Of a stretch of DNA of 64,000 nt, positions 27,342 through 39,884 are shown one piece after another. The notes beneath the pieces were generated by a model. That model saw only the letters and a list, made by a program, of their open reading frames with translations. It was not told the DNA's origin and made no database searches. A program made the translations under genes and the position numbers. The stretch spans positions 576,001 to 640,000 of the forward strand of contig CAWJQU010000002.1 in NCBI GenBank assembly GCA_963845145.1, written 5' to 3'. Numbering within the stretch: position 1 is the stretch's first letter; the number at the start of each line of letters is the position of its first letter. This stretch comes from an uncultured delta proteobacterium (GTDB taxonomy: Bacteria; Desulfobacterota; Desulfobacteria; Desulfobacterales; QNYZ01).

Positions 27342-28187
27342 ATGCCCCCATTACATCATCAACCCATTCGTGTCAGTATCATTATCCCCACTTTCAACCG
27401 GGCATGGGCACTAAAGGATGCCATCGATTCGGTTTTGACCCAGAAGGCCGACAACTTTGAACTTATTGTTGTGGATGATGGCTCAAGTGACCATACCCAG
27501 GCGCTCTTGGCGGATTACACGGGACGGCTTGTCAATCTAAAACAGAAGAACCGCGGTGTCAGTTCCGCCCGAAACGCTGGTATTCGCATTGCCCGCGGGT
27601 CATTGATCGCTTTTCTTGATTCTGACGATCAATGGCTGCCCGGCAAACTGGCAACCCAAACCGCTTTTTTTATGGCACACCCCGAAGCCGCCATTTGTCA
27701 AACCGAAGAGATCTGGGTCCGCAACGGCATCAGGGTTAACCCTAAAAAAAAGCACGCCAAACCATCCGGAGATATATTTGAACGTTCGCTCTCGCTATGC
27801 CTGGTCAGCCCGTCAGCGGTCATGCTGAGGCGGGAATTATTTGATGATGTGGGGCTTTTTGATGAGACCCTTCCGGCTTGCGAAGATTATGATCTGTGGC
27901 TACGGATCGGCTACCGGTATCCGGTTCATTTAATCAAAACGCCTTTGATTATGAAACGCGGCGGCCATTCGGACCAGCTGTCACGACAAACCGGACTGGA
28001 TCGATATCGCATTCAGTCGTTGCTCGGCCTCATTCAAAGCGGCTGTTTATCATCTTCGCAACAATCGCAAGCCACAGCGGTTTTTAAGGAAAAGTGCCGC
28101 ATATATGCCGAGGGGTGCCGAAAACGAGGGCGTGAAACCGAGGCCAAGTATTTTAACCGGTTAGCGAGGACCCGTTCAAAACCATAA
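27342..28187 (+). CDS. Glycosyltransferase family 2
   Basis: 'VSIIIPTFNR', 'VVDDGSSD', 'AFLDSDD' and 'EDYDLWLR'. Confidence 0.92.
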   Translation: MPPLHHQPIRVSIIIPTFNRAWALKDAIDSVLTQKADNFELIVVDDGSSDHTQALLADYTGRLVNLKQKNRGVSSARNAGIRIARGSLIAFLDSDDQWLPGKLATQTAFFMAHPEAAICQTEEIWVRNGIRVNPKKKHAKPSGDIFERSLSLCLVSPSAVMLRRELFDDVGLFDETLPACEDYDLWLRIGYRYPVHLIKTPLIMKRGGHSDQLSRQTGLDRYRIQSLLGLIQSGCLSSSQQSQATAVFKEKCRIYAEGCRKRGRETEAKYFNRLARTRSKP

Positions 28188-28206
28188 GATAAAAAGCAGT
28201 GCGGGG

Positions 28207-31200
28207 TTAAACCATTCGTTCGCTTTCCAGCAGCAGCTCTTTTAATCGCTTGGCGGATACCGGGTGGGGGATCTTGAGTTCCTGGGCAAAAACCGACACC
28301 TTGTAGGCTTCCAGCAGCCAGAAAAAGGTTTCAACCGCCTCGCGTTTCATGCTGGATGTGGTCGGCGATAAACGATTTAACGCATCATCCAGTTGATCTG
28401 AAAAAAACCGGACTTTCTCGGCTTTGTGCTGGTCTTTATTCAGGTTCACCGCCCCCCGTTGGGCACGAATGGCAATCGCCTCGATATAATAGGGTAGATC
28501 ATTCAATCGGTTTACGTCGTACAAAGCGATAAAGTTTTCAGGTATCAAACGGTTGAGGTCATCGAAACGCCGGTCAATGAAACGATTAAGAGAGATGTTC
28601 GCGATATATCTGGATTGCCACTCGGCCAGCCGGGTATGCGTATGGTGGAAAGCGTTTAGGATCGGCACCACAGCTCCCAAGAGGGTCTGCCCGCCTTGAT
28701 ATAGCTGCTGAGCGGCGGCATTCAAATGCGCGAAAAACACTTTTTGTGTCCGAATATTTTTAGCAAACTGCGCCGATAAAACTTTTTCGAAGAGTTGAAG
28801 CTCCACGGTTGCCGGCCCACCGAATAAGGACGTTTTGGATCTTACCGCTTTTGGAACCTTCAATGTCCTTTTCAGATGTTTCACCTCTTTGCTCAGCTGT
28901 AATATCGCCAGCTGCTTGACACCTTTCGGATGGGCCTGTATCGCCTGCGCATAGCTCGAAAATAACCGCAGGCTGACGGTCTCCGGCTGGCCCGGCCTGG
29001 CCGGTTCAGCCGTTAATCCCGGGTATGCCACCCCTGGTGTGTCACCGTTCTGCCGGGTTCCATCCGCATTATCTTGGGGGGGCAGGTCAATGGACTTTGC
29101 AACCCCTTCAAAATCCCACTGGGTAATGTTCGTTCGCTCCCAGACCTTTTTATAATTATGCATTCGTTTCGAATCATCGGGCGCCACAAAGTCTTGACGT
29201 AAAATAGCCGGATTCCGACTACTTGCAATTTCCCGCCCCCCGGTGTCTACAATAACGATGCGCATTTTCAGATGATCCGGTAACGCACCGGGCGCCCAAT
29301 TGAAAGCGGGGATGTGAATACCAAAGCACTGATGAATCACGCCGCCCAGGACATTGATCAAAGGCTGCCGATCTGTTTCACAGGGTATCTTTGTGACGAT
29401 TTTTTCAACGGCTTGCGGCATTGGCCCCAATCGACGTCGATAGGTTTTCGGCAACCCTTTGACAAGGTCTTTGATCTTCTCGCCGATTAAACCCGGCACC
29501 AACCAGTCCGGAGCACCCACGGGAACTGTGGCGGCCGCCCCGGCGGGGATTTCCACAGTAACCCCATCGGCGGGATTACCGGGGTCGTAAATATAAGAAC
29601 AGGGGTAGCGACTTTCTCCTAAATGAACCATATCAGGGTACCCGGCCAACAGCGATTCTTCCGGATGAAAACGCATCAAAGCTTCTTTGGGCATTTGCAG
29701 GAACGCATCTCCCCCGGCTGCTTTAATTTTTTTATTCAGTAAACGGACATTCCAAACATCGGTAAGATGGCAGCGATAAAAATCGGCCACGACCTCCGTA
29801 CCCACAAACAGATCCCGGCACCTCAGCCGGCTTTCCATGCTGATAACCTCATCAATCAGAGTCTGGTTGTGATGAATAAACGCAAACGGTTGCCGCAGAT
29901 CCGCCGGAACCAAAGCATCATCAATAAAAATATCACATGCTTTTTCCGTTTCGATCCGCCCGTAAACCACAGGGCGGCGAGAGACGATAACCAGTCCGAA
30001 GAGGCTTACCTGCTCGAAGGCCATCACGGTTTCTTTATGACGGTCCCAGTGGGGGTCGCTGTACGAATATCGGCAACGATCCTTGCCCAGGGCTTCCAGC
30101 CAGCCGGGATCAATGCGGGCGACGACACGGGCAAAAAGCCTCGAGGTCAGCACCATTTCGGCGGCCACGATCCACTTACCCGCCCGGTTAAACAGGCCGG
30201 AGCCCGGGAAAACCATGGCTTCCCGTCCTTTGGCGCCCATATACATGTTTTTCTCTTTTTTACAGGCGATATTGGAGAGAAAGCCGCTCAGGATCGACCG
30301 GTGCAATGCCGAATAATGAGGTGAAAAATCGCCGGCAGGCGTATCGGCCAGGATATCCGCATCGGGCAATGGCCTGACGGACGTCCCCGACTCTTTTAAA
30401 ATGGTGCATAGCTGTTGATGGATATCTTTCCATTCACGCATTCGTCGATAAGATACGAAATGTTTTTGACAGAGCCGCTTGATCTTTCGTGTCCCTATCC
30501 CCGTGGCCAACTCGGCCTGATACCACCGCCAGAGATTTACCAAGGAAATAAAATCGGATCGTTTATCAATCCAGGCGGCATGAGCCTGGTCGGCTGCTTC
30601 CTGCATTTCCAAAGGACGTTCCCGAGGGTCTTGAATACTTAGAGCTGCCGCGATAACGACGATCTCGGGCAGGCAGCCTTGTCGCCCGGCCTCAATCAGT
30701 ATTCGGGAAAGGCGCGGATCAACGGGCAATCGCGCCATCATTCGTCCATCCGTCGTTAGTCGATACACACGACGATCATTGTTATTTTTACGGTGGGCCT
30801 GGATAATCGCACCCAGTTCCAATAATAGTTGATATCCATCCTGAATGCTTTTGGGTGAAGGTGAATCGATAAAGGGAAATTCGGCCATATCTCCCAATTT
30901 AAGCGCAACCATTTGCAATATGACATGCGCCAAATTCGCGCGCAGAATTTCAGGAGGTGTAAACATCGGCCGGGACAAATAATCTTCTTCTGAGTACAAC
31001 CGCACACAAACCCCATCGGTAACCCGTCCGCAACGGCCTTTACGCTGGTCCGCACTACTTCTGGAGATCGACTCTATCGGCAAAAGCGTGCACCGGGACC
31101 TTGGCGTATATCGGGAAATTCGCGCCAACCCGGTATCGACCACGTATTTAATGCCGGGAATCGTAAGGGATGTTTCGGCGACATTGGTAGCAACAATGAT

Positions 31201-32262
31201 TTTGCGTCCCGGGAACCTGGCAAACACTTTTGATTGTTCCGGCCCGGATAGCCGGGCAAAAAGGGGTAATACCGTCGTACCAGAGCCGCACACCCCCTCA
31301 AGCGATCGGCAGGTATCCCGAATATCCTGCTCGGTGGGCATAAAAATGAGAATGTCTCCGTCGCGACTCTGTTTTACGAGCCGCTCCGCCGCTTCCACAG
31401 CCAACTCAACCGGTGACAAATCCGCCGGTTCAGCCCTCGGTCCCGGGCTTTCATAACGAATCTCAACCGGATACATGCGGCCGGATACTTCGATAATCGG
31501 GGCATCGTCAAATGCCTTTGAGAATTTTTCTGTGTCGATAGTCGCCGAAGTAATAATCAACTTCAGGTTTTTACGGCGGGAAATAAGACGCTTTATGATC
31601 CCTAGCGACAGATCGATATTCAGACTGCGTTCATGCGCCTCGTCAACAATCAAAGTATCGTAATCGTTTAGAAATGGGTCCCTCTGAAGTTCAGCCAATA
31701 GAATACCGTCGGTCATTATCTTTACAAATCCATTGATCGACGTCCTGTCCCGAAACCGGATCTTATAGCCTACGGTATCGCCCAACGTTTGATCCAGCTC
31801 CTCGGCGATACGCCGAGCCACGGTGGTGGCCGCTATTCGTCGTGGCTGGGTGCAACCAATGATCCCGTCCAGACCTCGTGAGGCCTCAAGACAAAATTTA
31901 GGAATTTGGGTGGTTTTACCGGATCCTGTATCACCGGAAATGATAATCACCGGATGGCGGCGGATGGCGGCAATGATCTCTTCTTTTTTGGGTAAAATGG
32001 GTAGATCGGAATTGGGATATAAAACGGCCGGCCGATGTCGACGACGCCAGGCGCGCTGCTGCACGGAAGTTTGGATTTCCTGCTCCAGGCGTGTCAGGCG
32101 GTGCTCGAAATTTTTGAAATCATGAGGACTGAACTTCAGGTGCCGGATTCGATTTATTTTTCGTCTGAGGGCATGTCGGTCGGCACCGTAAACGTTAGAT
32201 AGTTGGGATTGCGCCTTGCGAATGCGTTGTTCAATCGTTTCACTGTGGGAATCATGTTCCAC
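28207..32262 (-). CDS. hrpA: ATP-dependent RNA helicase HrpA
   Basis: 'GDTGSGKTTQIPK', 'TQPRRIAA', 'DEAHERS', 'QRKGRCGR' and C-terminal 'VSVFAQEL'; 1351 aa. Confidence 0.95.
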   Translation of the reverse strand: MEHDSHSETIEQRIRKAQSQLSNVYGADRHALRRKINRIRHLKFSPHDFKNFEHRLTRLEQEIQTSVQQRAWRRRHRPAVLYPNSDLPILPKKEEIIAAIRRHPVIIISGDTGSGKTTQIPKFCLEASRGLDGIIGCTQPRRIAATTVARRIAEELDQTLGDTVGYKIRFRDRTSINGFVKIMTDGILLAELQRDPFLNDYDTLIVDEAHERSLNIDLSLGIIKRLISRRKNLKLIITSATIDTEKFSKAFDDAPIIEVSGRMYPVEIRYESPGPRAEPADLSPVELAVEAAERLVKQSRDGDILIFMPTEQDIRDTCRSLEGVCGSGTTVLPLFARLSGPEQSKVFARFPGRKIIVATNVAETSLTIPGIKYVVDTGLARISRYTPRSRCTLLPIESISRSSADQRKGRCGRVTDGVCVRLYSEEDYLSRPMFTPPEILRANLAHVILQMVALKLGDMAEFPFIDSPSPKSIQDGYQLLLELGAIIQAHRKNNNDRRVYRLTTDGRMMARLPVDPRLSRILIEAGRQGCLPEIVVIAAALSIQDPRERPLEMQEAADQAHAAWIDKRSDFISLVNLWRWYQAELATGIGTRKIKRLCQKHFVSYRRMREWKDIHQQLCTILKESGTSVRPLPDADILADTPAGDFSPHYSALHRSILSGFLSNIACKKEKNMYMGAKGREAMVFPGSGLFNRAGKWIVAAEMVLTSRLFARVVARIDPGWLEALGKDRCRYSYSDPHWDRHKETVMAFEQVSLFGLVIVSRRPVVYGRIETEKACDIFIDDALVPADLRQPFAFIHHNQTLIDEVISMESRLRCRDLFVGTEVVADFYRCHLTDVWNVRLLNKKIKAAGGDAFLQMPKEALMRFHPEESLLAGYPDMVHLGESRYPCSYIYDPGNPADGVTVEIPAGAAATVPVGAPDWLVPGLIGEKIKDLVKGLPKTYRRRLGPMPQAVEKIVTKIPCETDRQPLINVLGGVIHQCFGIHIPAFNWAPGALPDHLKMRIVIVDTGGREIASSRNPAILRQDFVAPDDSKRMHNYKKVWERTNITQWDFEGVAKSIDLPPQDNADGTRQNGDTPGVAYPGLTAEPARPGQPETVSLRLFSSYAQAIQAHPKGVKQLAILQLSKEVKHLKRTLKVPKAVRSKTSLFGGPATVELQLFEKVLSAQFAKNIRTQKVFFAHLNAAAQQLYQGGQTLLGAVVPILNAFHHTHTRLAEWQSRYIANISLNRFIDRRFDDLNRLIPENFIALYDVNRLNDLPYYIEAIAIRAQRGAVNLNKDQHKAEKVRFFSDQLDDALNRLSPTTSSMKREAVETFFWLLEAYKVSVFAQELKIPHPVSAKRLKELLLESERMV

Positions 32263-33445
32263 CGTTTTTGATCTTTTCCACTTGTGAGTCAGGGATGCCT
32301 AAAAAATAGAGCAAACCGGAGATGTTGTCGTTGCTGAGCATACCGTCGCTATATTTTTTAAGTGCCTCCTTGGGGTTAAACGCAATGGCCAAGCCGGCAT
32401 TTTCCAGCATAAAACGATCGTTGGCACCATCGCCCACGGCAACGATCTGGTCGGCAGAGATATTTTCTTTTTCTGCAATTTCGTTAAGGATATCCGCCTT
32501 TGACTGGGCGTCGATGATGCGACCCTTTATTTCCCCGGTAACAACACCGTCTTTTATCTCCAGCTCATTGGCAAAAACGTAGTCAAGATTCAGGCGCTCT
32601 TTTAAATAATCGGTAAAAAAGGAAAACCCCCCCGAAATCACGGCCACTTTGTATCCCATAAAATGCAACGTGGCGATGAGGTCTTCCGCCCCGGGCGTGA
32701 GGTAAAGGCTGTCGAAAATCGATTCAAGCTGTTTTTGAGTTATACCTTTTAACAATTCAATCCGCTCTTTTATCGCCTCGATAAAATCCATCTCCCCATT
32801 CATCGCCATGGTCGTGACTGCTTTTACCCGCGCCCCCACACCGGCAATTTCCGCCATCTCGTCAATCACCTCTCCTTGAATGAGGGTATTATCACAATCG
32901 AAAACCACCACCCGCTTGGGTTTGTTAAATATATCCCCATCCCTTAATGAGACATCAAGACCTGTCTCCTCGGAAAACGCATAGTACTCGTGACGAAACA
33001 GAGAAATGTCCTTCATGTCGGACACGTCCAAAGCGAGCTCCATGGCAATATAATCGCCCCGGGCGATCATCTTAATCGACTCAATATTGACGCTGTTGCG
33101 CGCACAGATTTCGGAAACCGAAGCAACGATACCGGGACGATCATGGCCCATTACGGTAAGAATCATCGGATCTTTGTTGGGATTCCGACGGCCGGCCTCA
33201 TACGGTTCAACGCGCAACCCCAATGCAAACTTCGATTTAATGGGTGCCAGCCGCTCCGTCATCTGTTCATGCGAAGCGCTGGACGTGCTTAAATCGACGA
33301 CAATAAACATAGAAAAATGGCCCCGTATCGAGCGGGCATCGATATCGACAATATTAATATTCATGCGGGCCAAAACCTGAGATATCCGATGGACCAACCC
33401 AGGCTGATCTTTGGCGACCGCTGAAATAACGTACAATGAGCTCAT
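32252..33445 (-). CDS. serB: Phosphoserine phosphatase with two N-terminal ACT domains
   Basis: ACT 'KDQPGLV'/'HDRPGIV'; HAD motifs 'VFDCDNTLI', 'ISGGF' and 'VGDGAND'. Confidence 0.93.
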   Translation of the reverse strand: MSSLYVISAVAKDQPGLVHRISQVLARMNINIVDIDARSIRGHFSMFIVVDLSTSSASHEQMTERLAPIKSKFALGLRVEPYEAGRRNPNKDPMILTVMGHDRPGIVASVSEICARNSVNIESIKMIARGDYIAMELALDVSDMKDISLFRHEYYAFSEETGLDVSLRDGDIFNKPKRVVVFDCDNTLIQGEVIDEMAEIAGVGARVKAVTTMAMNGEMDFIEAIKERIELLKGITQKQLESIFDSLYLTPGAEDLIATLHFMGYKVAVISGGFSFFTDYLKERLNLDYVFANELEIKDGVVTGEIKGRIIDAQSKADILNEIAEKENISADQIVAVGDGANDRFMLENAGLAIAFNPKEALKKYSDGMLSNDNISGLLYFLGIPDSQVEKIKNGGT

Positions 33446-33469
33446 TTTCGCTCCAACGTTTTAGGGAAT

Positions 33470-33498
33470 AAAAAAAGCGCCAACTCTATAGCGCTTTT
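33470..33498 (-). terminator. Possible intrinsic terminator between the kinase gene and serB
   Basis: aaaagcgc...gcgctttt stem followed by a U-run on the minus strand. Confidence 0.45.
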
Positions 33499-33608
33499 GA
33501 ACGATAACATCAATTGGTTTTGGTGTAAATTATTACCGGATGGTGAGAATCAAAAGGTGGGCAAGTACTGCAAGGCTATTCACCCTGAAGTCAAAGATTT
33601 AAACCAGA

Positions 33609-36600
33609 TTATTCAGAACCCATTTCTTCCGTACTATCCAGAACCTGCCGGATCGCCTCCGACAATTGCTTCAACATCAACGGCTTGGATAGGAACGATC
33701 GAATACCGACGGATTCAATCATATCTGCCGTTATTTCGTCCATCAGGCCGGAATAAAGAATAATGGGAATATCCGGTCTAATCTGGATCATCTGTCTGCT
33801 CAACTCCATCCCGGTTAATTTAGGCATGGTCTGATCAGTAATCACCAAATCGAAATTATCCGGATTTTGTTTAAATGCATCCAGGGCCTTATTGCTGTCT
33901 GTTTCCAGATGAACATTATAGCCTATACGCTGCAAGCCTTCCTCTACAAGAGTGACCAGCGCCTTTTCATCATCCACAAACATGATCCTTTCCTGCCCCG
34001 GAACAATCTCCTTGGTAGTGGGCGCTTCTTCTTCAGTAAAAGTGCCATGATAACGGGGAAAAAGCACTTGAAATTTCGTCCCCTTTCCCGGTTCACTTTC
34101 AACACGAATGGCCCCTTCACATCTTTTAATGATCCCATGTACCATTGCCAGTCCCATACCGGTTCCTTTTCCCGGCTCTTTGGTTGTGAAGAAAGGCTCA
34201 AAAACCCGCTCGATTATGCTTTGATCAATCCCCTCCCCATCATCAATGACCGTCAAACGCAAAAACTTTCCAGGAACAACTTCCGGATAACGATGATGAT
34301 TGGTGTTATCTACCGTATAATCATCTAAATTTATGGTTAAAACACCACCGCCTTCCATAGCCTGTGCGGCGTTGGTGCAAAGATTCATAACCACCTGGTG
34401 AACTTGGGTGGGATCGGCCTCAACGAAACCCCGTGCGCTCCCGATATCCTTTCGCATTTCAATGGTGGAGGGAAGCGACGCACGCAACATCTTCAGGGCT
34501 TCATTGATGATGAGTTTTAACTGAATCGGCCTGGCTTCCTGATCGGTCTGGCGGCTGAAGGCTAAAATTTGTCGCACTAAATCTTTGGCACGCCGGGTCG
34601 AAGTAATCACGCGCTCAAGATTCTGGTGAATGGGACTTTCCGGTGGCGATTGAAAGGAGGCCAATTCAGTATATCCCATAATGGCCGCCAGGATATTATT
34701 AAAATCATGGGCGATCCCTCCAGCCAGCGTGCCCATGGCTTCCATCTTCTGGGCTTGACGAAGCTCTTTTTCCATCTGTATTTCACGCGTCACATCACGG
34801 GAAACGGAGACATAACTACTGAAGTTTCCCTTTTCATCTCTGATAGGTGATACCGTGACTTCCAACTCACAAATACTGCCATCTTTCTTTTTACTGGACA
34901 TCCGACCGCTCCAAATTTTGCCGGATGACAAAGATTTCCAAATGTTCCGGAAAAAGACATCTTTTTGCAAACCGCTCCGCAAGATTCGTGTGTTTTTTCC
35001 CCTGATCTCATTCTGGCTGTAACCAAAAATATGTTCACATGCCGGATTGGCATACGTAATCGTACCATCCATCTCAGTAATCAAGATCCCTTCAGCCGCC
35101 TGCTCCAGGGCCGTTGCAAGATGCAGCAATCTTTCCTCGGCTTTTTTCCGAACGGTCACCTCCGTTTTTAAATTCTCATATAGCAGCGCATTTTCTAAAG
35201 ATATTGCCGCCTGGGCCAAAAGTATGTTTAAAATTTTAACGCGTTCTTTAGTAAATACATTGCTGGCCAGATTGTTTTCCAGGTATAAAACGCCGGTTGT
35301 TTTCTCCTTAAGCAGAATCGGCATACATAGAATCGACTTGGGACGATGTTCCAAAATATGAAGATCGGTGTAAAACTGATTATCATCCGTCGCTTTATGT
35401 ATAACGACGGGCTCCCCGGTCCGTTCCACATACCGTACAATATCAAGCGAAAGCGCATCACTTTCTTCCACAGGCAAGGACTGATTGGCGCTCACTTCAT
35501 CAGAATCGGCTTCCACCGATGCTTTTACAAACAACCCATCTTCTTTTTTTAAGATCAACAGACCCCTTTGAGCACCTGCATTTTCGATGATGATCCGCAT
35601 CAATTGATCAAGCAATTTTTCCAGAACAATTTCTCTGGATATCGCCTGGGTGGCTTTCATGACTGCGGCCATGTCCAGGTCTTTTTTAGTTTTCGGATTG
35701 GTTTGGCTATACTATCAGCAGATATTGCTTTATTGTTGTTCGTTATTGGGATGACGGTCAATCAGTAAAAATGCAAAATCTTTATCTAATGCTTGAACTT
35801 TGGCCAAAGCTCCCCATTTCTCATATGCCAGACCGGGCCTTTAACATCGTGTCAGCGGCCAATTGATTCTCCCCTATATTCGCATAAAAAATGGCAGTTC
35901 TTTCAAGAATTAATGCTTCTTCATTTCGATAGCCGTGTTTAATAGCCAATCCAACAGCCTGTTGATAGTCTTTTTCGGCATGTTTGTTATGCCCTGTAAC
36001 CGCCAAACGTTCGGCTTCCACCAAGCAATATTTGTGTTGATGATTCATAGGGGCATGTTCGGCCCAATTGTCTTCATTTTCTTTTGGTTTTCTATAACTC
36101 TTTTTAAGAATCCTCCCTTGTTCAGATAATTTCGCCCTCAGTATAAATGAGCAACTGGAGTAGAGAGTCATAAAAATAAAATAGAGGGACGTGAATAGTA
36201 CCAGTCATGCCCTCTAAATATTTTTCAGATTGATTCAGCATATTCACATGCACTTTAATATAGTCTCCAAAATGATAGTTCAGGTAAATTTAATAAAATA
36301 AACACTTGATAAGCGTCGTTTTATCCTTCGCCTCTATATGCAATGAGATCTGCAATCCTTCATCATAATATGTCCCACATAAGACGGCAGCGATCCTCCA
36401 CTCCGCCTTTTAGATTCTCAACGAGTTGTCTATAGATTTGGAGAAAAGTGAAAGAAAACTCGTGTTTCAATCTACCTATTACCTCATATACTTGGTCATC
36501 CGCCGCTCGACCTCAGATAGCTCTATACCTGCATGAAAGGAATAGTAGCAGAAAAACAAAGCGCCATAGCCAGCATATTCAAAATCACCCGTTTCAATAC

Positions 36601-39600
36601 CTTTTTTGATAAGCATTTTTTAATGGAGTTAAAGTGTCACGAACATGATACCTTCCAGTGACATATAAATGCATTGACCATATGGGTTGTTTGGGGAGAC
36701 CAACTCTGATAAATTATATTTTCCAATAACCTAAGGGAAAGTTGACCAAATTTGTACCCAGAATCAATATCTCCTATCACACTACATAGAATCAACCCAT
36801 AAACGGCATACCAAATTGCTGACTCTGGTGCGTTTCCATATTTAGTTGATAGTTGAACGCCCTGAAATGTCATCACGGCTAATAATTCTTGGTTTGAAAA
36901 ATAAACTGCTGCACCAACACTCTTTAACACCTGCATGACGGCCAGCATCGTCGGATCCGACATTTTTTTCATGTCATATAAGTTATCCGTCTCCTTCCAT
37001 GCCAGTTTCGATTTCGCACTCATGTATCCTTTAAATAATTGCCATTTACTAGCTTTCTTGGGCAACCGCACATTGAGCTTATGGAGGACATCGAAAGCGT
37101 GCTGTTATGGCCTCTTCCAGCTGGTATCTGAGCAATATGAGAATTAATAATCGTTTCATGCAAATTGATAGTATCCAGAAATGAACTTGACGTTCCGCAA
37201 CATTTCTTCGGCAAAGACATCCATTCTTATCATAATAGCCACAAAGATAAGCCGTTTCAGCAGCCTTTTCATAAAGCGCTATAGATAATTCATAGTTGTT
37301 TTTCCAGCAACCATCACCCAACAACCTTATCCCATGTTGAAAATAATTAAAGGCCGGAAAAAAGGCTGCGGCTGATTTCGCCTTTAAGCCCGGCATCGAG
37401 ATTCATACGGGCCATCTCTTTTCTCCTTGCACATGATATAGTCTGATCATCTCCAACATTCAAGTGATTAACAATGGTAAACAAATGTTTCATTCTCTTT
37501 TCAGTTTCAGATATAATTAAGCAAATAAAGACCAATTTGGGTATGGCAATGCCTTTTCTGTCATGATTCCATCGATGACATATATTGCTTGCCGAATACG
37601 ATCATGAGCAAACCGATAGTTCCTTGGGTATTTTTTACTCGGATTCTTTATTTTTCCTCGATAAATTGGTTTTACTGGATATAAGTATTCCTTCTGACGA
37701 CCGCTTCATCTAAATACGTTGTCATTATCTGATGCTTTCCACAAATAGAGATAAAATCAGACAGAATCAAACCCAATACCAATACAGGAAGCCCAATTTA
37801 AAATGTCTGAGTGTTTTCGTTAATCGGTGAATTTTTTGAACCAGCAAATCGACCACATTGTCGGTAATCTCTAAATGGTTAATTTTTGAAATACTCCATT
37901 GCCATCGACTCTGTCCGAATCAAATGAAAGTAAGTTTTCACTACGCAAGGTTTTTAAAAACATCTCAATAAAAAATGGATTCCCATCCGTTTTTTGAAGC
38001 GTTAATGCACCCAAATCGCTACATTGATTTATTCAGTATGCATCGAATCGGCAATAAAGTTATTTAACCGATTCAAGCCCCAATGAGGCTAGTCTTAACC
38101 GAGTCAGCCGTACTTTTTTATTTTTCAATGCATCCAAGTTGCATGAATCGGATGATCGGAATCGGTTTCATCGTCCCGATAAGACGAAATACCCAAAAAA
38201 TAATTTAATCCATCATCGCTCAATATTGTTTCAATTAATTGGAGAGACGCGGCATCAGCATGTTGGACATCATCAAGAAAGATTACCAACGGGTATTTTG
38301 GACCTCCAAGCGCCCGAAAAAAATTTTGAAAAACCAAATTGAGCCGGTTCCTTGCTTCCAATGGTCCGAGTTCGAGCGGCTTCACTTGAGGCCCCAAAAT
38401 CACTTCGATTTCTGGGATGATATCCGCAATCACACTTCCGTTGCGCCCAAGTGCACTCGTCAATTTTTTCTGCCAAATTACAATTTCTTTATCACTCTTT
38501 ACCAGAATTTGCCGAACAACCTCTCTAACCGCCTGCGCAATGGCGCTATAGGGAATATCTTTGTGAATCGGATCAAATCTGCCCGTACCAAGATGAACTG
38601 TCTGTTTACTTTACCGATAGTCATCTGCTGAAGGGCTTCTTGAACAAAAGCGGTTTTACCAATACCAGCATATCCGGTGACTAAAACTAACTCCAAGTTT
38701 CCTTTTGTGGCTCGCTCAAATGCCGTCTTTAAAAGCATTGATCTCTTCTTCACGCCCATACAATTTCCCAGAAATTCTAAATTGGTCACTTATATCTTTT
38801 TTTGCAATATAAAAACTTCTATGTTGCCTGTTCTAATATACTGATCCAAGGCAAACATTCAGATCGTGTTTAAGGCCGAGCCGCGCTTAAATACCGATCC
38901 TCTGTTTCCTTAGCCAGCAACTTCATAATGACATCCGCCAAGGCTCTGGGACAGCTGGATTCGCAATATCAGGCTCCTTTGGTAAAATGGCAATGTGGGA
39001 ATGGATCATTTCAAGCATATCTCCGGTTTGAAAAACCAATTCCCCACTAAACATCTCATAAAGTGTGGCACCTAATGAATAAAGATCCGAGCTGTAATCC
39101 AGTGGCCGATTCATCTTACCGGTTTGCTCCGGAGCAATATAGGCCAGTGTTTTTTGGTTCACTTCTGAACCATTCGAGAACATCTGGTCAGCAACCAACT
39201 CAGTAGCATGCTCAAGGTTGATCAATTGAATTTGTCTCTGATTCTACATGATAAAGAATGTTAAAAGGATTTATACGCTTATGAATAAAACCAGCATGAT
39301 GAACCCGTTCCAATGCAGCTGTAATTTTAATGGCGATTGCCAAGCCGTCAGCAATGGAAAATGGTTTTTTTTCGAATAAATCATCCAGAAAAAGACCGCC
39401 AATATCTTCGTAGATGAGAATCATTTGATCCTGGATAGTGATGAGGTCCAGGGCTCCTGCAATTCCCTCTCCCTTCAAGGATTGCAGCAGAGCATATTCA
39501 TGTTGAAACTGATTAACTAAATTTGGAGGAGGATCTTCCACATGCAGTCGTTTTAGTATAACAGGTTGCTCATTCTTTTCCCGTACTGCTCGGTACATGG

Positions 39601-39658
39601 CATATGTTTTGTCTTTACAAATCAGTTTTTTAATCTGGTAACCTGGAATTATTACCAT
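33609..39658 (-). pseudogene. Giant hybrid sensor kinase (Ser/Thr-kinase-like, AAA ATPase, helical region, GAF, PAS, HisKA, HATPase, REC); 5' two-thirds multiply frameshifted, 33609-35672 intact
   Basis: Colinear fragments: 'YIAPEQTGKMNRPLDYSSDLYSLG', 'VTGYAGIGKT', 'VIFLDDVQHAD', 'IIENAGAQRG...LYLENN', '[11 protein letters not shown]', 'PFFTTKEPGKGTGMGL' and 'LVITDQTMP'. The indels may be sequencing errors. Confidence 0.85.
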
Positions 39659-39716
39659 GTGGTTTACCTTTTCAAGCGATCTATATTGTGTTGATATTGC
39701 TTACCTAAATTTTATA

Positions 39717-39732
39717 TGCAAAACAGATACCA
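39717..39732 (-). promoter_or_regulatory. Putative sigma54 (-24/-12) promoter for the giant kinase gene
   Basis: Minus strand TGGTATCTGTTTTGCA (GG-N10-GC), about 60 nt upstream of ATG 39658. Confidence 0.6.
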
Positions 39733-39869
39733 CAAACAATTCGAACCAATTACGCCACACAAAAAATAAATAAAATTTTTTAACTAAAAATACAAACAGT
39801 TAATCATATTTTAATCAAATTAGAAAAAATTCTGCATACCGTACATTTTAATATCATTAAGGAAGTCTA

Positions 39870-39884
39870 TGTAATTAAATTACA
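39870..39884. promoter_or_regulatory. Palindromic candidate regulator site in the kinase/PKS divergent region
   Basis: TGTAATT-A-AATTACA (7-1-7). Confidence 0.4.
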